DNA of 64,000 nt from Octopus bimaculoides (lineage: Eukaryota), in the NCBI RefSeq assembly GCF_001194135.2, contig NC_068988.1, positions 18,466,126 through 18,530,125 of the forward strand, written 5' to 3'. The notes beneath the pieces are model-generated. The model ran no database searches. It was not told the DNA's origin and was given only the letters and a program-made list of their open reading frames with translations. A program made the position numbers and the translations under genes. Every line of letters starts with the position of its first letter. Within the stretch, counting starts at the first letter, position 1. Positions 13,600 through 29,000 of this stretch are shown in pieces.

Positions 13600-13790
13600 T
13601 GGTCCTAACCCTGCTCTCGCAGCTCATAAACAATGCAATGTGCAAGATTTGTTAACATCTCTAGAGAACGCTGCAACCAAAGTCAGTTTTTTTCTCAATG
13701 CAAAGAAGTCTGAATTCATAGCGATCAACAAAGATGAAAGCCACCTACCAATTTGTCTTAAAGAGGGCACATAACTCAAAGAGAAAATAT
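13600..13790 (+). mobile_element. Same RTE LINE, inverted 5' segment (late RT motifs)
   Basis: VQDLLTSLENAATKVSFFLNAKKSEFIAIN...EGT*LKE corresponds to RT sequence between the YADD and FKYLG motifs. Confidence 0.75.
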
Positions 13791-13852
13791 ATTATAAACA
13801 TTTTTTTCAATATCTATACCATTAACATTGTAATACAAGGTACAAGTAGAAA

Positions 13853-14062
13853 AACGGTGAGCTGGCAGAAATGTTAGCATGCCGGGCGAAATCCTCAGCA
13901 GTCTGTCTTTACATTCTGAGTTCAAATTTCGCAGAGGTCAACTTTGCCTTTCATCCTTTCAGGATCGATCAATTAAATACTAGTTGCATACTGGGGTCAA
14001 TCTTATCGACTGGCCCCCTCCCCCAAAATTTCAGGCCTTCTGCCTAGAGTAGAAAAGAATAT
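13853..14062 (+). mobile_element. Family C SINE
   Basis: GGTGAGCTGGCAGAAATGTTAGCATGCCGGGCGAAAT...CTTTGCCTTTCATCC...GTAGAAAAGAAT. Confidence 0.85.
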
Positions 14063-14351
14063 TAGGCACAGGTGGCATAATGTCATGTCAGATTTCTTAA
14101 TGAACCTAATTAGCATTTCAATTGTCTGTTAACATAAATGCACACTTTCCTTGTTTACCTCACCGTCCCATGATGATCTCAGACGTCAATTCTATGTTAG
14201 AAAAACATTCTATTCTGATATGGATTTTTATTTAACAAAATATTTTTTATGTAAATTTTACTTCATGGAACATACTCTTGCCTCTCAATGTTTTTGTTAT
14301 GAATGGTAATCACTATTATTTAAACATGTTTGACTATTCCCTTGAAATACA

Positions 14352-14390
<39 letters not shown>

Positions 14391-14524
14391 AATTACATTA
14401 GAATATCATTTTATAGCTAATTGTTTATATTTCCAATTTTGTTTAACTTGGATTTTCTTTCACTGTTCAAAACTGTATAACATTTATGTTAATGCAAAAT
14501 GCTTTCACATATCTCTTTTTGCAG

Positions 14525-14565
14525 AGCCTCATCTACAAGACGGCTCAAACTGGGTGACCTGGTAG
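14525..14565 (+). CDS. Probable terminal coding exon, (E)PHLQDGSNWVTW*
   Basis: Acceptor atctctttttgcag|AG and a GC-richer island in AT-rich context. Phase 1 matches the 3733 donor (AAT G|AG CCT), giving ...SLAEAKWKLNEPHLQDGSNWVTW*. Confidence 0.5.
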
Positions 14566-17500
14566 ATAAGATTTATCATACCCTTTGATATCGTTATAGC
14601 ATGTATGAATATCAAATACTTGAATGTTTTAAACATGTATAGTTTTCTATCATACTCATTTAAATTTATAAATATCACTTCAAGTTAATTATCTTCTTTT
14701 TAAGCATATTATAGCATTCAAAGTTATCATTTATCCAATGAAAATCTAGTTTTATTATCGGTAGTGAGTACCAAGGTATAGCATTAAGTTGTTGAGAACC
14801 CAAATTTGTAACCCAGTTTTTACCTCTCCAGCTGGAACTGGTTTATTTACTTTACTAAAAGCTCTCTATAGTGCTAATATCTCATGCCTCATGAAGAAAT
14901 TATTAGCATTCCTCAATAAGCTATGTTTCTTCTTTGGTTACAGCACTTGCTATATTCTTCACATACCTCTAAATCATACTGGATTCAGGCTCATCTTACC
15001 CACATATATACTAATCTAAGTTTCTATAAAATGTATCTTAACAAAATGTCAGTGTCTCCATAATGTATCTACCTTCACACATTTAATGTCTATGTGAATG
15101 AATAAGTGAAAAGGCACATTCCCTGGATGCTAACTTCACTTACTTTTGTCTGAAGTTGACTCCAAAGTGGGTGAAATCCCTACTTTAGTCAACTACATAG
15201 GAGTAGCACTGGAATTTAAGGTGAATATTATTATTAATACGCAAAGGTAAGTTCACACTAACAGAGCATTATCTTGGAGTTGCAAAGTTCCAATTCTGTT
15301 ATGTTTCTTCTCAGTCATCATTCTCAGAATTCTATTGAAACATTTAAAGAACTTTTAGTTAAATAAATACTTTTAAAGAAACAGATAAATGAGAACCAAA
15401 GTAATGGTACCAACATACATAATGTCATAATTGAATGTTCAACTGATTTTGATACATTAATCAGTTTTCTTTCAACAGTGTATTAACTTCAATGTGTTAA
15501 CATTTAACTTCCATGTTTTAACATTTGAAGCATTGTCGAAAATGTACAAAAATAAATTGAAATTTTTAGACAATCATGAGAAGTGAAAAATGTATTAAAG
15601 AATTAGAATACTCTTTTTTAATGTTTAAATTTGTTAATTTTTTACCATTGTTGTTATTGTTGTTTATGCTGAGATTTCAACAAGTGCTATTGTATTTTCA
15701 CAGGAAAGGTTTAACCTAACATTTTGCTGCCTCAGATTGCCACAGATGCTGTCAAGATGCAGAAAGAGATGTTTATGAAACCTTGTTCTCGTGACAGACA
15801 GTAAACTGATGTGCAGTGTCTGTAGTATTTACTTGTGATATTTTAGCCAATAAGACACTGTCTGCAACACCAGCTAATGAATGACATAACTCAACTGTCA
15901 CAATGAAAAGGTTTTAAAAAATTTGCTAATGAAAAAATAAAATTAGGAAACAAACAAAAACTAAAGAATATGAGAAATTGAGTGCTTCCCCCACAGCAAA
16001 AGAATTAAGTATGGATTCACAAGTGTACGTGCAAAAGTGAAGCTTAGTGTCAGTAATCTGGCAATATTTCATGGAGTCTATGATTCTTGCCAAAAAGGAA
16101 TTCTCTTGATTTTGTGAAGGGCACCTGTTTGTAAGTAGATCATATTTGACTGAGAAGAGCAAAGGGAAAAAGAAGGAAAAGAATAATCACAAAAATTTCC
16201 CTCTGAGGACCACCCGTTAATCTTGCAAAAACAAAAAAAAGTATAAAAGAAAATTTGTTTACAGTAGTTTTTAGATATGAAGATATTTTGCCTTTGTGTT
16301 TTCCCTTTTTTTTTAATCTTTATTTATAGTACAACAAAGTTTATCGACAACCTTGGGTTTAATAGCATCGGGCAGGGTAAGAAGTGATTTTGTAAATGCC
16401 TTCAGGAAGGAGATTTTTTCTTTTTTTTTTTCAAATCATGATAAGAACACTCCGACTATTAGAGGTCTAAGGTAAAAGAGTGAAAGGCAACTTTTGCTTA
16501 AATTTTACAACATACCAGCAATGTCCAGATTATTCTTTATCATTTTATTTGGCTTCATTTTACATTGATTCTAGAAGNNNNNNNNNNNNNNNNNNNNNNN
16601 NNNNNNNNNNNNNNNNNNNNNNNNNNNNNNNNNNNNNNNNNNNNNNNNNNNNNNNNNNNNNNNNNNNNNNNNNNNNNNNNNNNNNNNNNNNNNNNNNNNN
16701 NNNNNNNNNNNNNNNNNNNNNNNNNNNNNNNNNNNNNNNNNNNNNNNNNNNNNNNNNNNNNNNNNNNNNNNNNNNNNNNNNNNNNNNNNNNNNNNNNNNN
16801 NNNNNNNNNNNNNNNNNNNNNNNNNNNNNNNNNNNNNNNNNNNNNNNNNNNNNNNNNNNNNNNNNNNNNNNNNNNNNNNNNNNNNNNNNNNNNATTAATA
16901 TATTTTGAAAATTATTTTTTCTCAGAAATATTCTGGTAATGATTCACTTCTCTCCTAAGCAAAAGAAAGAAAGTCTTTTAGTGGGGAAAAAAAAATGGAA
17001 AAGATCATTTCTAGAATGGAATATTAAAAAACGTTTTAAGAAAATATTTAAAAGGTTTTAATATGGAAACTTTTTCTACTTGTGTCATATAAGCTTCTTC
17101 TTTTTTGTATTCAGAAAAATTTTATATTTTGGTAAAAAAAAAACACAAAAAATATTTATGAACAGATAAAGGGGGTTTAAGCAAAAAAGCAAATAGATTG
17201 ATATTACAAATAAAAGTAAAGAGATTGACGTAAAATGAAGTTTGTTTAAACCAACATTAACAAGGTTTTTATGTCTATTTTCATTTCAAACCAGTGCCAG
17301 ACTAGTGTCATATCTCAGGTATTTCAGTGTTTTTTTATGCTAAATCTGGCTATTTGGAAATCTTCACTTATTTAGTGCTGTTTAGTATATATATAATGAC
17401 ATTTCGTTTTGGTAAATACTTATACATCTGTTTTCACATGTATATATATGTAGTATATAGAGGTGTGTGTTTGAGCGTGTATGTGTGTGTGTATATAAAT

Positions 17501-17603
17501 ACATGTGTGTGTGTATATATATATGTATATATGTATATGTATATATATATATATGTGTGTGTGTGTGTATATATAAATTATACATATATACACATGTTTG
17601 TGC

Positions 17604-17641
<38 letters not shown>

Positions 17642-18325
17642 CATACATATGTTTGTATATACATGCATAATAGACATATGTCGATGAAAATGCATATTTA
17701 TGTGTGTATGCATGTATGTGCATATATATAAATATATATATATATATTTACACACACACACATATATATATATAAATATGCATATATAAATATACACTCA
17801 TACACATATACACATATGCACAACACTATAGAAATAAATTAGCCTTTATGTGAGTAATATTTTGTGTCTCTTGAATGTGTGGAATGTGCACCAACCATTG
17901 GCTGAAAAACTCGTTTATGATAGGGACTAGTTATCATACAAGTCCCCTCAGATAGGTAATTTTATTCATTATTCTTCATCATAGATATTAAAAAAGAAAA
18001 AGCTTGATGTTTTGTTTATGTGTCTTTTAGTTCCTAACTCTAAACCTTTAAGTCTGCACATGTCAGAATCAGTTAGCGAACACCTTATTTATGACATAAT
18101 AAAGCCATAATGATAAAGGTTTGTAAGTATGATACAAATTCCTCTGATTTGTAACAGTGTCACTGTTGGTGTTTGCCTTATTTGCTAATATATTAATGTC
18201 AATTAATTATATAAGCACTTTTCTGTGAAGTGAATGATACGGGAAAAAAATATTATTTGTATGATAAAAGTTGCAGCAGCTAATTATCCATTGTCCCTCT
18301 TACCTTCGATGATCATTTTGTCCTT

Positions 18326-18356
<31 letters not shown>

Positions 18357-18754
18357 NNNNNNNNNNNNNNNNNNNNNNNNNNNNNNNNNNNNNNNNNNNN
18401 NNNNNNNNNNNNNNNNNNNNNNNNNNNNNNNNNNNNNNNNNNNNNNNNNNNNNNNNNNNNNNNNNNNNNNNNNNNNNNNNNNNNNNNNNNNNNNNNNNNN
18501 NNNNNNNNNNNNNNNNNNNNNNNNNNNNNNNNNNNNNNNNNNNNNNNNNNNNNNNNNNNNNNNNNNNNNNNNNNNNNNNNNNNNNNNNNNNNNNNNNNNN
18601 NNNNNNNNNNNNNNNNNNNNNNNNNNNNNNNNNNNNNNNNNNNNNNNNNNNNNNNNNNNNNNNNNNNNNNNNNNNNNNNNNNNNNNNNNNNNNNNNNNNN
18701 NNNNNNNNNNNNNNNNNNNNNNNNNNNNNNNNNNNNNNNNNNNNNNNNNNNNNN

Positions 18755-18792
<38 letters not shown>

Positions 18793-20419
18793 ATGTATAT
18801 ATATATGTATATATATATGCAAAGCCATATACACATGCATGCATACAAAATAACCAAATGCATAAAACCATCTGTGTGTTTGTGTGTGAGATTTTGCTGA
18901 ACCAAGAATAAATTTGTTCTCTCTGTATTTCCCAGTTGTTTAAAGTATTAAAAAAATTATATTTGGAACTATATGAAGGTAGAAACTTTTTTCTTGAAAG
19001 TAGAATATATTACTTCTACATTGCATTGTTGTTTAAAACACTATTTAATATGTTATAATTATTTCTATATCCATCAATATATCTAAATTATGACATGGTT
19101 TTAGCTAATAACAAAGGAGGCTGTGTTTAATTTTTCAGTATGTATATTTAAAGGTCTTAAGTTGGATAAAAGATTCAAACTAGAAATATAAAATTAAATA
19201 TAGTAAACCTTTTAAAAACAACACAAATTATTTGTTAACGGAAATTTGTAATTAAGTCTTAAAGGTTTAAGTCAATTTAGTATGCAATGTTGGAACAAAA
19301 TTATTTCAATATTTTTGTTGTATTCCTTGCTAGAACCTGTTGGTATATTTTTCTGTGCCTTCCTCTGCTAGCCTCATGAAGCAACACCCATTCACAACAG
19401 TTAATAATACAATTCATTGACCTACTACAACATTAGCTTTAAAAAAGAAGCTTTGGATAAAAAAAAAAAGCCCTATAAAGATTAGGTGCTCTTGTTGATG
19501 AATAATCTGCGGAGAAGTTGTTTATTTTCTTGTCCCTTTCAGTAGACAGCTCGAAATTTCAGAAAATTTGAACTTAAAAATTATCATTTCAATAAGAAGA
19601 TAACTAAAGCAAAGACAAGTGTCTCTCTTTTATGCTTATTAATGTTAGTTTTTCTTTAAATTAATTGAGTTTTTTTTATTTATTGACAATAAAAGATACT
19701 CTACATAGGTTTGTTTGCAAACGTTACCTGGCTTGCTGGCTTAGAGAGAGAATTAAACCTAAAAGTTCTACAACTGTAGAAAATAGATATAACTAGATTT
19801 GGGGGACACATAATTTGATGTCTTAAAATATATATATAGATATGATATTTTTTAAAAAACAAAACTAGAACAAACAACATGAAGCAACAAAATATTTAAC
19901 ATCAAAAAGCCAAAGGTTGTCGATACTTACTTATTTACAAGTAAAAATTACCATCATTTCTGATATTTCTTTTTTTACAATAACTTTATACAAAAATTAT
20001 TATTAGATTAAGTGTCACTTAATGAACAGATTGTTTAATTTTATTTTTACATGCATAAGAAAAAAAAAATGTGAAAAAAAAACATTGCAAAATAATAATA
20101 TTTACTGCTCCTGATCGATATTACTACCTGCGTACAAAGAAACTATCGACTAAACAGAAGAATTTACACTACCAAAATTAAGTAAAACAGGTGCTTGAAC
20201 TTGTGGAATTCTAAATGAAGGACTAAACTGATTTTCAAAGGGCCAATATCAAAAATTTCTTGGCCTAAATAGCTCGTAGTTAGAGCCAAAACTAAGCAAG
20301 TTGCTTAATAGACGGCAAACAGAGGTAAGCAAAGTCAGTAGTTATCTGCTGAATGTTCAGTTAAAAGATTGCTTGGTTGCTTGCAATGCAAGAAGGTTTC
20401 ATCAAGTTTATGATAATTA

Positions 20420-20455
20420 TAAATATTGTTATTGTTGTTGTTGTTATTATTATTA

Positions 20456-20552
<97 letters not shown>

Positions 20553-20640
20553 CATTATTATTATTATTATTATCACCATTATTATTACAACCCCAACACC
20601 ACTATCATCAATATCATCATCATCATCATTGACATCATAT
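20420..20640. repeat. Long (ATT)n/(ATC)n microsatellite
   Basis: Seen directly. Confidence 0.95.
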
Positions 20641-21984
20641 TCTTTATAATTTTAATAAGCAACTTGATTTATACAAATGTAAGGAAATTTAGTTTATATA
20701 AAAACTTGTTTTCTTTTTCATGTGAATAGAAAAAAGTCTATCTTTGGTTTATTAGATGAAATTTATAGAAAGATGAAAATTTTTCATTTAATGGACTAAT
20801 CAATAATTAAGATATAGACTTCGGTCTTTCCTTCTCGCATACATTACAATGAAATATGCAGATGAGAAGGAGAGAATATTTAGTACAAAGTATCACAGAG
20901 AAATTTGGGGGTTTTGATATCTGGCAGCTGTTCCTTTTATTTTTTTCTATTATTACTCTTATAATAAAACCATTATGTTTGACATGTGACAATAATTTGG
21001 TAATTTCTATCTCAATTCATGACACTTAAAATCTAGTTGAATTGTTCTTCACATTGTCTTCCTTTCAACTAAAAGAAACAACTAGCTTAAAAGAATTAAT
21101 GTGAATTTTAATTCAACAAATATGAATTTGCTTGGGGTTGGTATTTTCAGGTACTATGAAAGAACGGTGTCCATTGTGGCCATGGATTACTCTGATTCAA
21201 ACAGTCTTGAAGCCAATTTCTCAAAGCATGAATATTTATTGGATTTAGTGTTCAGAAAACCTTGTCTTAAATATATTCAAAATGAATAACACTATGCTTA
21301 TATATTTCACATAAATATTATGTGTAAATTCATTGCATTTGAACAAACAATCTAAAACACATATTACAAATATTCTTTCAATATGTTTTCTTTCAATATT
21401 TAGAAAATTCTAAGGGCTGCATCATGTTTCATTAGAAATAAATACACCAAACTAAAAATTTAGTAAAGAGACTGAATATACTTGTATATATCTATATATA
21501 TATATATATATATATATATCTTAGACTAGTATGAATGGAGTAATTTAGATATGCAATAATACATCCACATGCATGTATGGAGCATTACTGCTATTTCTGC
21601 TTGCTCGTGGTATTGCAAAGGGAAAAACAAAAGTCAATAAATGTATCTTGATTTACAAAAACAAGCTTTACATAGTAGTTTTTGACTATTTTTAAAGCAA
21701 TCACATAACTATACAAGCAAAAACTCAGAATACAAATTAGATAGATGTCACAATCTGAAAACACTTTTGGAATGACAAGATTAAATTATATACTTTATGT
21801 ATTGATTAGATTTAAGCATTTTAGGGATAATTGTGAAATAGATAATTTTTTTTTTTTTCGTAGATATGTATAGGTATTATATAAGGAAAAATGAAATTAG
21901 TTAAAATAATCTTGCGCATTAAATAATTTAGAGATGATATAAAATGAAATGAAATGGCCAATATAGCTTCTTCACTATAAAATA

Positions 21985-22025
<41 letters not shown>

Positions 22026-22888
22026 AAACCCTTCTTCCTCTTCTCTTTCTGAATCAATACTGAAGAATGTAATTCTTTCTATCTTGTCATTCTATATATG
22101 GTTGTTTTCTTTGAAGTAACTCACTAAATTCTTTGTTAAATATTTGCTAAACTAGTATTTTTTGTGACTTTTGTGAGGATTATTATAGAAATAGTATTAG
22201 TAGAATATTAAAATTGTGTGATGTTATAATTCAGTTAAATTGATCCCTAGTTTAATCACTGTTCTGAATCAACTTAACCCAGAGATTAGCATGCTTATGT
22301 ATGGCTGTTAGTTGAATTCTTTAAATCACCCAAAACATTTCTATGGATATTAAGCAAAAATAAAAACCATATATAAAAAATTCTATCTAACAAATAGTTA
22401 GAAATCAGTTTAGCATTTGGAATATATAAACCGTAATTCCTTATCACATATTTTCAAGAAATAAAACCAAAACTTTTCAGTTTACAAGACAAACGGCTTT
22501 TTTGCCTACTTGTATGAAAATACATTATAATGTGAAGCTGTGCTTTGCTAGCAGCTGGCATTTGCTTTTTAAATAAAAGAAAAAACATTTAGTCTAGTGA
22601 ATGCTGTGTCAAATATCTGATTCAATAAACACTAAATTCCAATATCCAACTTAAGATTCAATCTGGTTTGCATTACTCTCCATAACTTTCATTGGAATTA
22701 TTGTTATCAGTAATATTGACTCTAATTATTATTCTGGTTTATACATATTAACAGCTAATTTTATTAACAGTGCTAATATTAATATATTATCATCATTAAA
22801 TATTATAAGTATTATTGTTTTATAATATTGCAATCACTATTGTCCGACTATAATTATATATCATTTCTTTATTAAAACTTTCTGTCAT

Positions 22889-22950
<62 letters not shown>

Positions 22951-23089
22951 TTGCTGCTACTATTACTGCTTTGTTATCCAATTAGTGCCAGTTGAAAATT
23001 GCTGTTATTCCATGTCATAACTTGACACATAGAATAGACATCATTCAACTGCTATTTCTAACAAGATTTTACTCAATATCTTTTATTAA

Positions 23090-23123
<34 letters not shown>

Positions 23124-23124
23124 G

Positions 23125-23164
<40 letters not shown>

Positions 23165-23385
23165 GGTGGTGTTCTGGCAGAATCATTAGAGTGTTGGAAA
23201 ACAAAATGCCTTGCAATATTTGTTCTGACACTACATTCTGAGTTCAAATCCTGCCATGGTTAACTTTGCCTTTCATCCCTCCGAGGTTGATAAAATAAAG
23301 TACCAGTCAAATACTGGGGTTGATGGTATCAACTATTCCCCCCTTTCCCTCAAAATTGCTGGCCTTGTGCCTAAATTCAGAGACC
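23165..23385 (+). mobile_element. Family C SINE embedded in (ATT)n
   Basis: Family C core flanked by ATT repeats on both sides. Confidence 0.85.
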
Positions 23386-23389
23386 TTTA

Positions 23390-23448
<59 letters not shown>

Positions 23449-24055
23449 GCTACTACTTCTATCATTATTATCATCTTCATCATTGTAGCAGCTCTGCTTG
23501 TATTCCATAAATTTTTTTCATCGACGCTGCCCAGGTTGCCAATTAGCACAGACAAATTCCTTTATTTCTGAACGAAACTGAAACCAGTTGTAATGTTCCA
23601 AATAACGGAAATCTAATTTTGCCTTCATCAAATTATTTTTTTCCTTTCCTTCTTTCTTTTTTTCTTTCTGTCTGGTTAAATTTTTTTACAATAAGGATCT
23701 ATAAACTACACTATTTGTTTCTTGTTTGTTTGTTTGTTTGTTTTTTTAATGCATAATTAATAACAATATTAAAAAAAATTCAATCCTGGTTGATGTTTAA
23801 ATTTTCAAAAACATAATATATTAGGTGTTTAGTATTAAGAGATTCTTTTCTGTGTGTATCAAAGTTATTGTGAAATATTTTTCACACTATCCTATAAAGA
23901 AAGACAGGATCATTTGACTTGTCTGAATGTCAATTCACTGGCTGATAATAAACTAGTTAACTGAGATAGTTGTAAACTTGTTTAAAGGTTTATGTATTTC
24001 CAATCTCTATAGCACTGTTGATGACTGAACTCATTGAGATAATCTAACATTAAAA

Positions 24056-24109
<54 letters not shown>

Positions 24110-24591
24110 AAGATAGACCAATAGCTAAACATCAGAGTTTAATCTGCTTTGGGTTTGAACTGTCCTCTAATTAATTATACCTGTGATTTGCAACATTTTT
24201 TTTTATCTAATTAAGTAAGACGAACGAATGAATGTTATTATAACTGTAATACAATTATTTAGGCTAGTTCTGCTCTCTTCTTGCTAAAAAAAAAAAAAAA
24301 CAACAATAAAAAATATATAAATTAAAATTTTCCAAAAAAAATAAATAAACAAAACAAACCGCAAAAAAATAAAAAAAATAATACGACATGCTATAGTTGA
24401 AATTCTCTCTGGCATCATATATATATTGGAATATATCTGCTTGGAGACTTTTTTTTTTTTTTTTTTTACAATGAGTAGCTATTGACTTTTGACGAACTTA
24501 TTGTTGGGTTGATGACGGTGCTAACAGTAGTTGTTAGGAGCACTGAATTTGCCAAATTATAATTATTTAAACTCATTTTTATCCAAATTTA

Positions 24592-24642
<51 letters not shown>

Positions 24643-25951
24643 TCAAAATTAAATATGAAGGACAGGGTGCTGAGAGAAAAACTACTCCATATTTGTCATA
24701 ATAAACATGTATGAAAAGCGATAAAGAAATGCAAGATGAATTTTCAAAGGCTATGACAATTCCTACTACAGAAGCAAGCAGCAATCTGTACAGTTAAAAA
24801 AAAAAAGGTACATTTTTCACTGTTGGTTATTTGTATATTCTATTTAAATAGTTTTGTTATTTAAGGCTCATTGTAAATATTAATTACCTCTCTTTAAAGG
24901 GTAATTGATAAATTAACTGTTGCAAATTTATTTTGATTATTATTATTTTTTTTTCATGTCTAATAGATGGCGCTAGTTGTTCATGAAGTGATGAAAATTA
25001 TCAACCTAGTCACAAAACAAATATGAAGTCACATGCCAAAAATTAAAAAGAATAGCTTCTTAATAATGGATGACATTAAAAATATTTCTTCTTAAATCAA
25101 TATTGCCTTTTATCGTTAATTTACTAAAAAACAAAAATATAATAATAAATAAACAAAAACCATCATCTTGAGACTCAAACAAACATTGTAGGTTAGTAGT
25201 TCTGTTGACAGACACTCTCTTGATTAATCTTCAGGTCAGCTCATCAGCACCTTTGCTACTACATACTCCAAAATCTTTGTATATGCTTCTCATGGTACGA
25301 AATAATCATAGTTTTATGCTTCACTATTTTAAGCATCTCCTGCTATATATGCAAACTAAATTCTATGCCACAAAAAAAGAAACCAAACAAACAAATAGAA
25401 AAGATATATTATGACTGCTTGCAGATGTATACCACTGTACTATTAACAAGCTTATTACTAACAATCATTGGTACTTTTCGCAGCTAAGTAGTTATGAATT
25501 CACTATCTAATCAGTCATATTTCTTACAAATTTCCGTATTTCTAGGATGAAAAGAATATCTATTTGCATGGAATTTTTCTTTTTTTAAAATTCCATAATC
25601 ACCATCTGTCTTAGGTGCATAACAAGATATTTATATTATGCATCGATGTAAAATATACTGTAAGATAGAAATAGAAAAATAAACAATGTGATATTGATCT
25701 TTATAATTTTTAAATGATCTGTAAATTAAAAGACGTGTTGGGAATTGTCTTAATCTTGGATTACATTCCATTTATTATTTTATTTATACCACAATCTTAA
25801 AATATTTAGCTATAGGCAAAGAATTGAGTAGAAAAATATACACGTTAAAATAACTTACAGAAACAAAAACATCTTCAGCTATAAAAATATTCTATACCTT
25901 AAACCACACATATCTCTATACAAAGATACACCCACATATATATATACATAC

Positions 25952-25988
<37 letters not shown>

Positions 25989-26001
25989 CATATATATATA
26001 T

Positions 26002-26043
<42 letters not shown>

Positions 26044-29000
26044 TATATATATATACATACATATATATAACTATATATGTTTTATATATATATNNNNNNN
26101 NNNNNNNNNNNNNNNNNNNNNNNNNNNNNNNNNNNNNNNNNNNNNNNNNNNNNNNNNNNNNNNNNNNNNNNNNNNNNNNNNNNNNNNNNNNNNNNNNNNN
26201 NNNNNNNNNNNNNNNNNNNNNNNNNNNNNNNNNNNNNNNNNNNNNNNNNNNNNNNNNNNNNNNNNNNNNNNNNNNNNNNNNNNNNNNNNNNNNNNNNNNN
26301 NNNNNNNNNNNNNNNNNNNNNNNNNNNNNNNNNNNNNNNNNNNNNNNNNNNNNNNNNNNNNNNNNNNNNNNNNNNNNNNNNNNNNNNNNATATATATGAA
26401 GCATAATATATGTTGCTTGCGTACAAATTTTATGTGTTTGCTATAAGTATATTTAATAAATACGGCTTTAAAATAAACAGTAGCTTTAAAAATACAGAAA
26501 TTACTTGCTTCAAAACTTAGCTAATTCAAAGTTTCTATTGACAATTCATTTTTATATTTTACTTCTAAATAGTTTATCCAAAATTGAATTTGCAGTAAAA
26601 ATTTAAATGGGTGAGACAATGTAAAGTGTTATCTTTCTTCCAAAGTTTAAAAATTTGCTACAGCTGTTTTTTCTGCCAGGAAATCTCTCATAATCCTGAA
26701 ATTATCTATGATAATTTTTGTATCTTCTCGACTTAATTTCAATTAAGAAATTTGTAGAAGATTGGCATCTTTTTACAGGTTGTTCAAATATTATGCTTAT
26801 GTCTAAATTATTAACATACGATGGGTAACCTTTGCAAACAGGATAAAGTTTTTAAAACATGGTGTGGATAAATAATCAGATTTCATTTCCATGACCAGAT
26901 AAACATTATCCAATTACAATAACCATCTATTTTTACGTGTATACTAGAAACTTTATGTCAAACTACAACCTGAATTGTTTGAGTCTATATGATAAGTTAT
27001 TCATTTCTAAATTTGGCATGTAGCTAGTCATGTTATAAAAATATTTCATTTAGAAACTGTGAGTTGGTTGTCTGAGTGGTCACTTCTGTGATGGTTCTGT
27101 GACTGATCAACTGTAAAAGCAAGTTGATCTTACCTTTTTTTTTGTTGTTTTAAACATACTCTCAGCCTTTCATCAGCCTCTACCACATCCTTTGTCTGTA
27201 CCACAGGACTGGTTATTATATGTTGGCCATCTTAACTGAATGGTGGTTCACGCAGATATCAGATGAGAACATCTTTAAAAGATGATTTCTAACCATTTCA
27301 CTTGTTTATAACAATCTGTTGATAATTTCAGTTTTATATTATAGTATTGTGTTCTATTCTTACATTTTTTTAAAAATGTCCAACAATTGTTTGATCATTC
27401 AAGCTCTTTTATTCTTAAAATGATTTTTTTTTTCATCTGAATATATTAATTTTTCTACTTGTTAGGAAAATATATCAAAATATACACCGGTTAAAAATAT
27501 TTTAAAAATATGGAGAAAAGACCTTAAAGACTATTGTTCAGAAGAAAATACTAAATATTTGATCAGAAGGATCCTTTTTTCTTTCATCATTGTAATTCCC
27601 TTGTTTTTTGTTTGTTTGTTTGTTTTTCTTTTAATAGATCATGTGATATTAAGATGCTTTGATGTTATTTCTACAATCAACATCACTCATTTATGTAAGT
27701 AGGATTACATATTTATTGAGGGAAAAAAGACATGATTTCCAAGAAATTTGGGTTAAAATTACTTTTTAAAGAGGGAGACTTTTAATGTCTCAACAAAGAA
27801 AAATATAATTTCTGCTAATAATTATGTGGAAGAGAAACACGAAGAAAAGAATCAAAAATTGCAATGTTAACTATTGTTGTTCTATTATTTAAATTCCAAT
27901 ATATAAGTTGTATTTCTTCTATAATAGCTCAATGGAANNNNNNNNNNNNNNNNNNNNNNNNNNNNNNNNNNNNNNNNNNNNNNNNNNNNNNNNNNNNNNN
28001 NNNNNNNNNNATGAAATTTTCTACAATAATTCTTTTCCTGCATACATCACTTGCTCTCAACAAACCACTGGAATGATAACATCCATTTATGATTAGTCGT
28101 TATGGTTCTGTAGGGTAACTTTCATTAGAAAATTGAAATAAAATTTTTTTGTTGTTTTTTTTTTAGATTAAAAATTTTTTTTTAGAAAATACTGAGTATA
28201 TAAACGTTTGTATAGAAATCTTTTAATTAATCTTGACTTTTCTGAAAGTCGTTAAAACATTCCCTATTGAATGCCTCGAATTTTTATTGATCCAAATTTT
28301 GGGAGTTTCAGAATGTTTTCTGTTGATTTTATTCCCTAAATGCAACACATATGCATTTTAAAACTACATTTTAGAGACCCAAGCTATTTCCATAATTGCT
28401 AAAACTGTTATCTTCAATTCCTTAAAATTTAGAGAAAAAAAACTATTGTAAATGAGCTCATGTAGAAGATAATATTGTTTAAAAGTAAATCTCTACAAAA
28501 TGGTTCAAACACTTTAAAATAACTATCCTTAACTATAAGTTGCTATAAAATTCAAATAGCATGATGTGATTTAATATTTAAGCTTTTTTATTAGCTCTTA
28601 TTGGAATATTGCATAGTAAGGATTTCCTAAACATTACTTACAGCTTTATCATATTTCTAAAACAACACACTTCTTGCAATGTTTCAAAATTCATTTTACT
28701 CTGTTTTATAGAAAAATCTATCTAAAAAAGACAAAAAGCAAACTAAATTTTGAGTTGTTTTTCTTCTCTCACAGTAAGAATATTATTTGTTCCAATTATC
28801 ACACAAATCATAACATTTCCATAATCATATATAATAGTCTACATTTCATAAAATTACATGTAGTAATTGACAGGTTGAATACTCAAGTAGTAAAAATCAA
28901 TGACAAATAAGTTATAGGAAATATTGTACAAATTTATATATATATAGTCTCATACATTATCTATTGTGTGTGAGTGTGAAAATATGTGTGTGTGCATGTG

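Noticed and set aside
24962-24976. TAGATGGCGCTA, a CTCF/YY1-like motif
   Set aside because: A single partial motif cannot be distinguished from chance without ChIP or conservation data.
27134-27230. Minus-strand exon-like segment (GQHIITSPVVQTKDVVEADEKAESMFKTTKKK|gtaag)
   Set aside because: Weak acceptor, no homology recognised, no partner exons.
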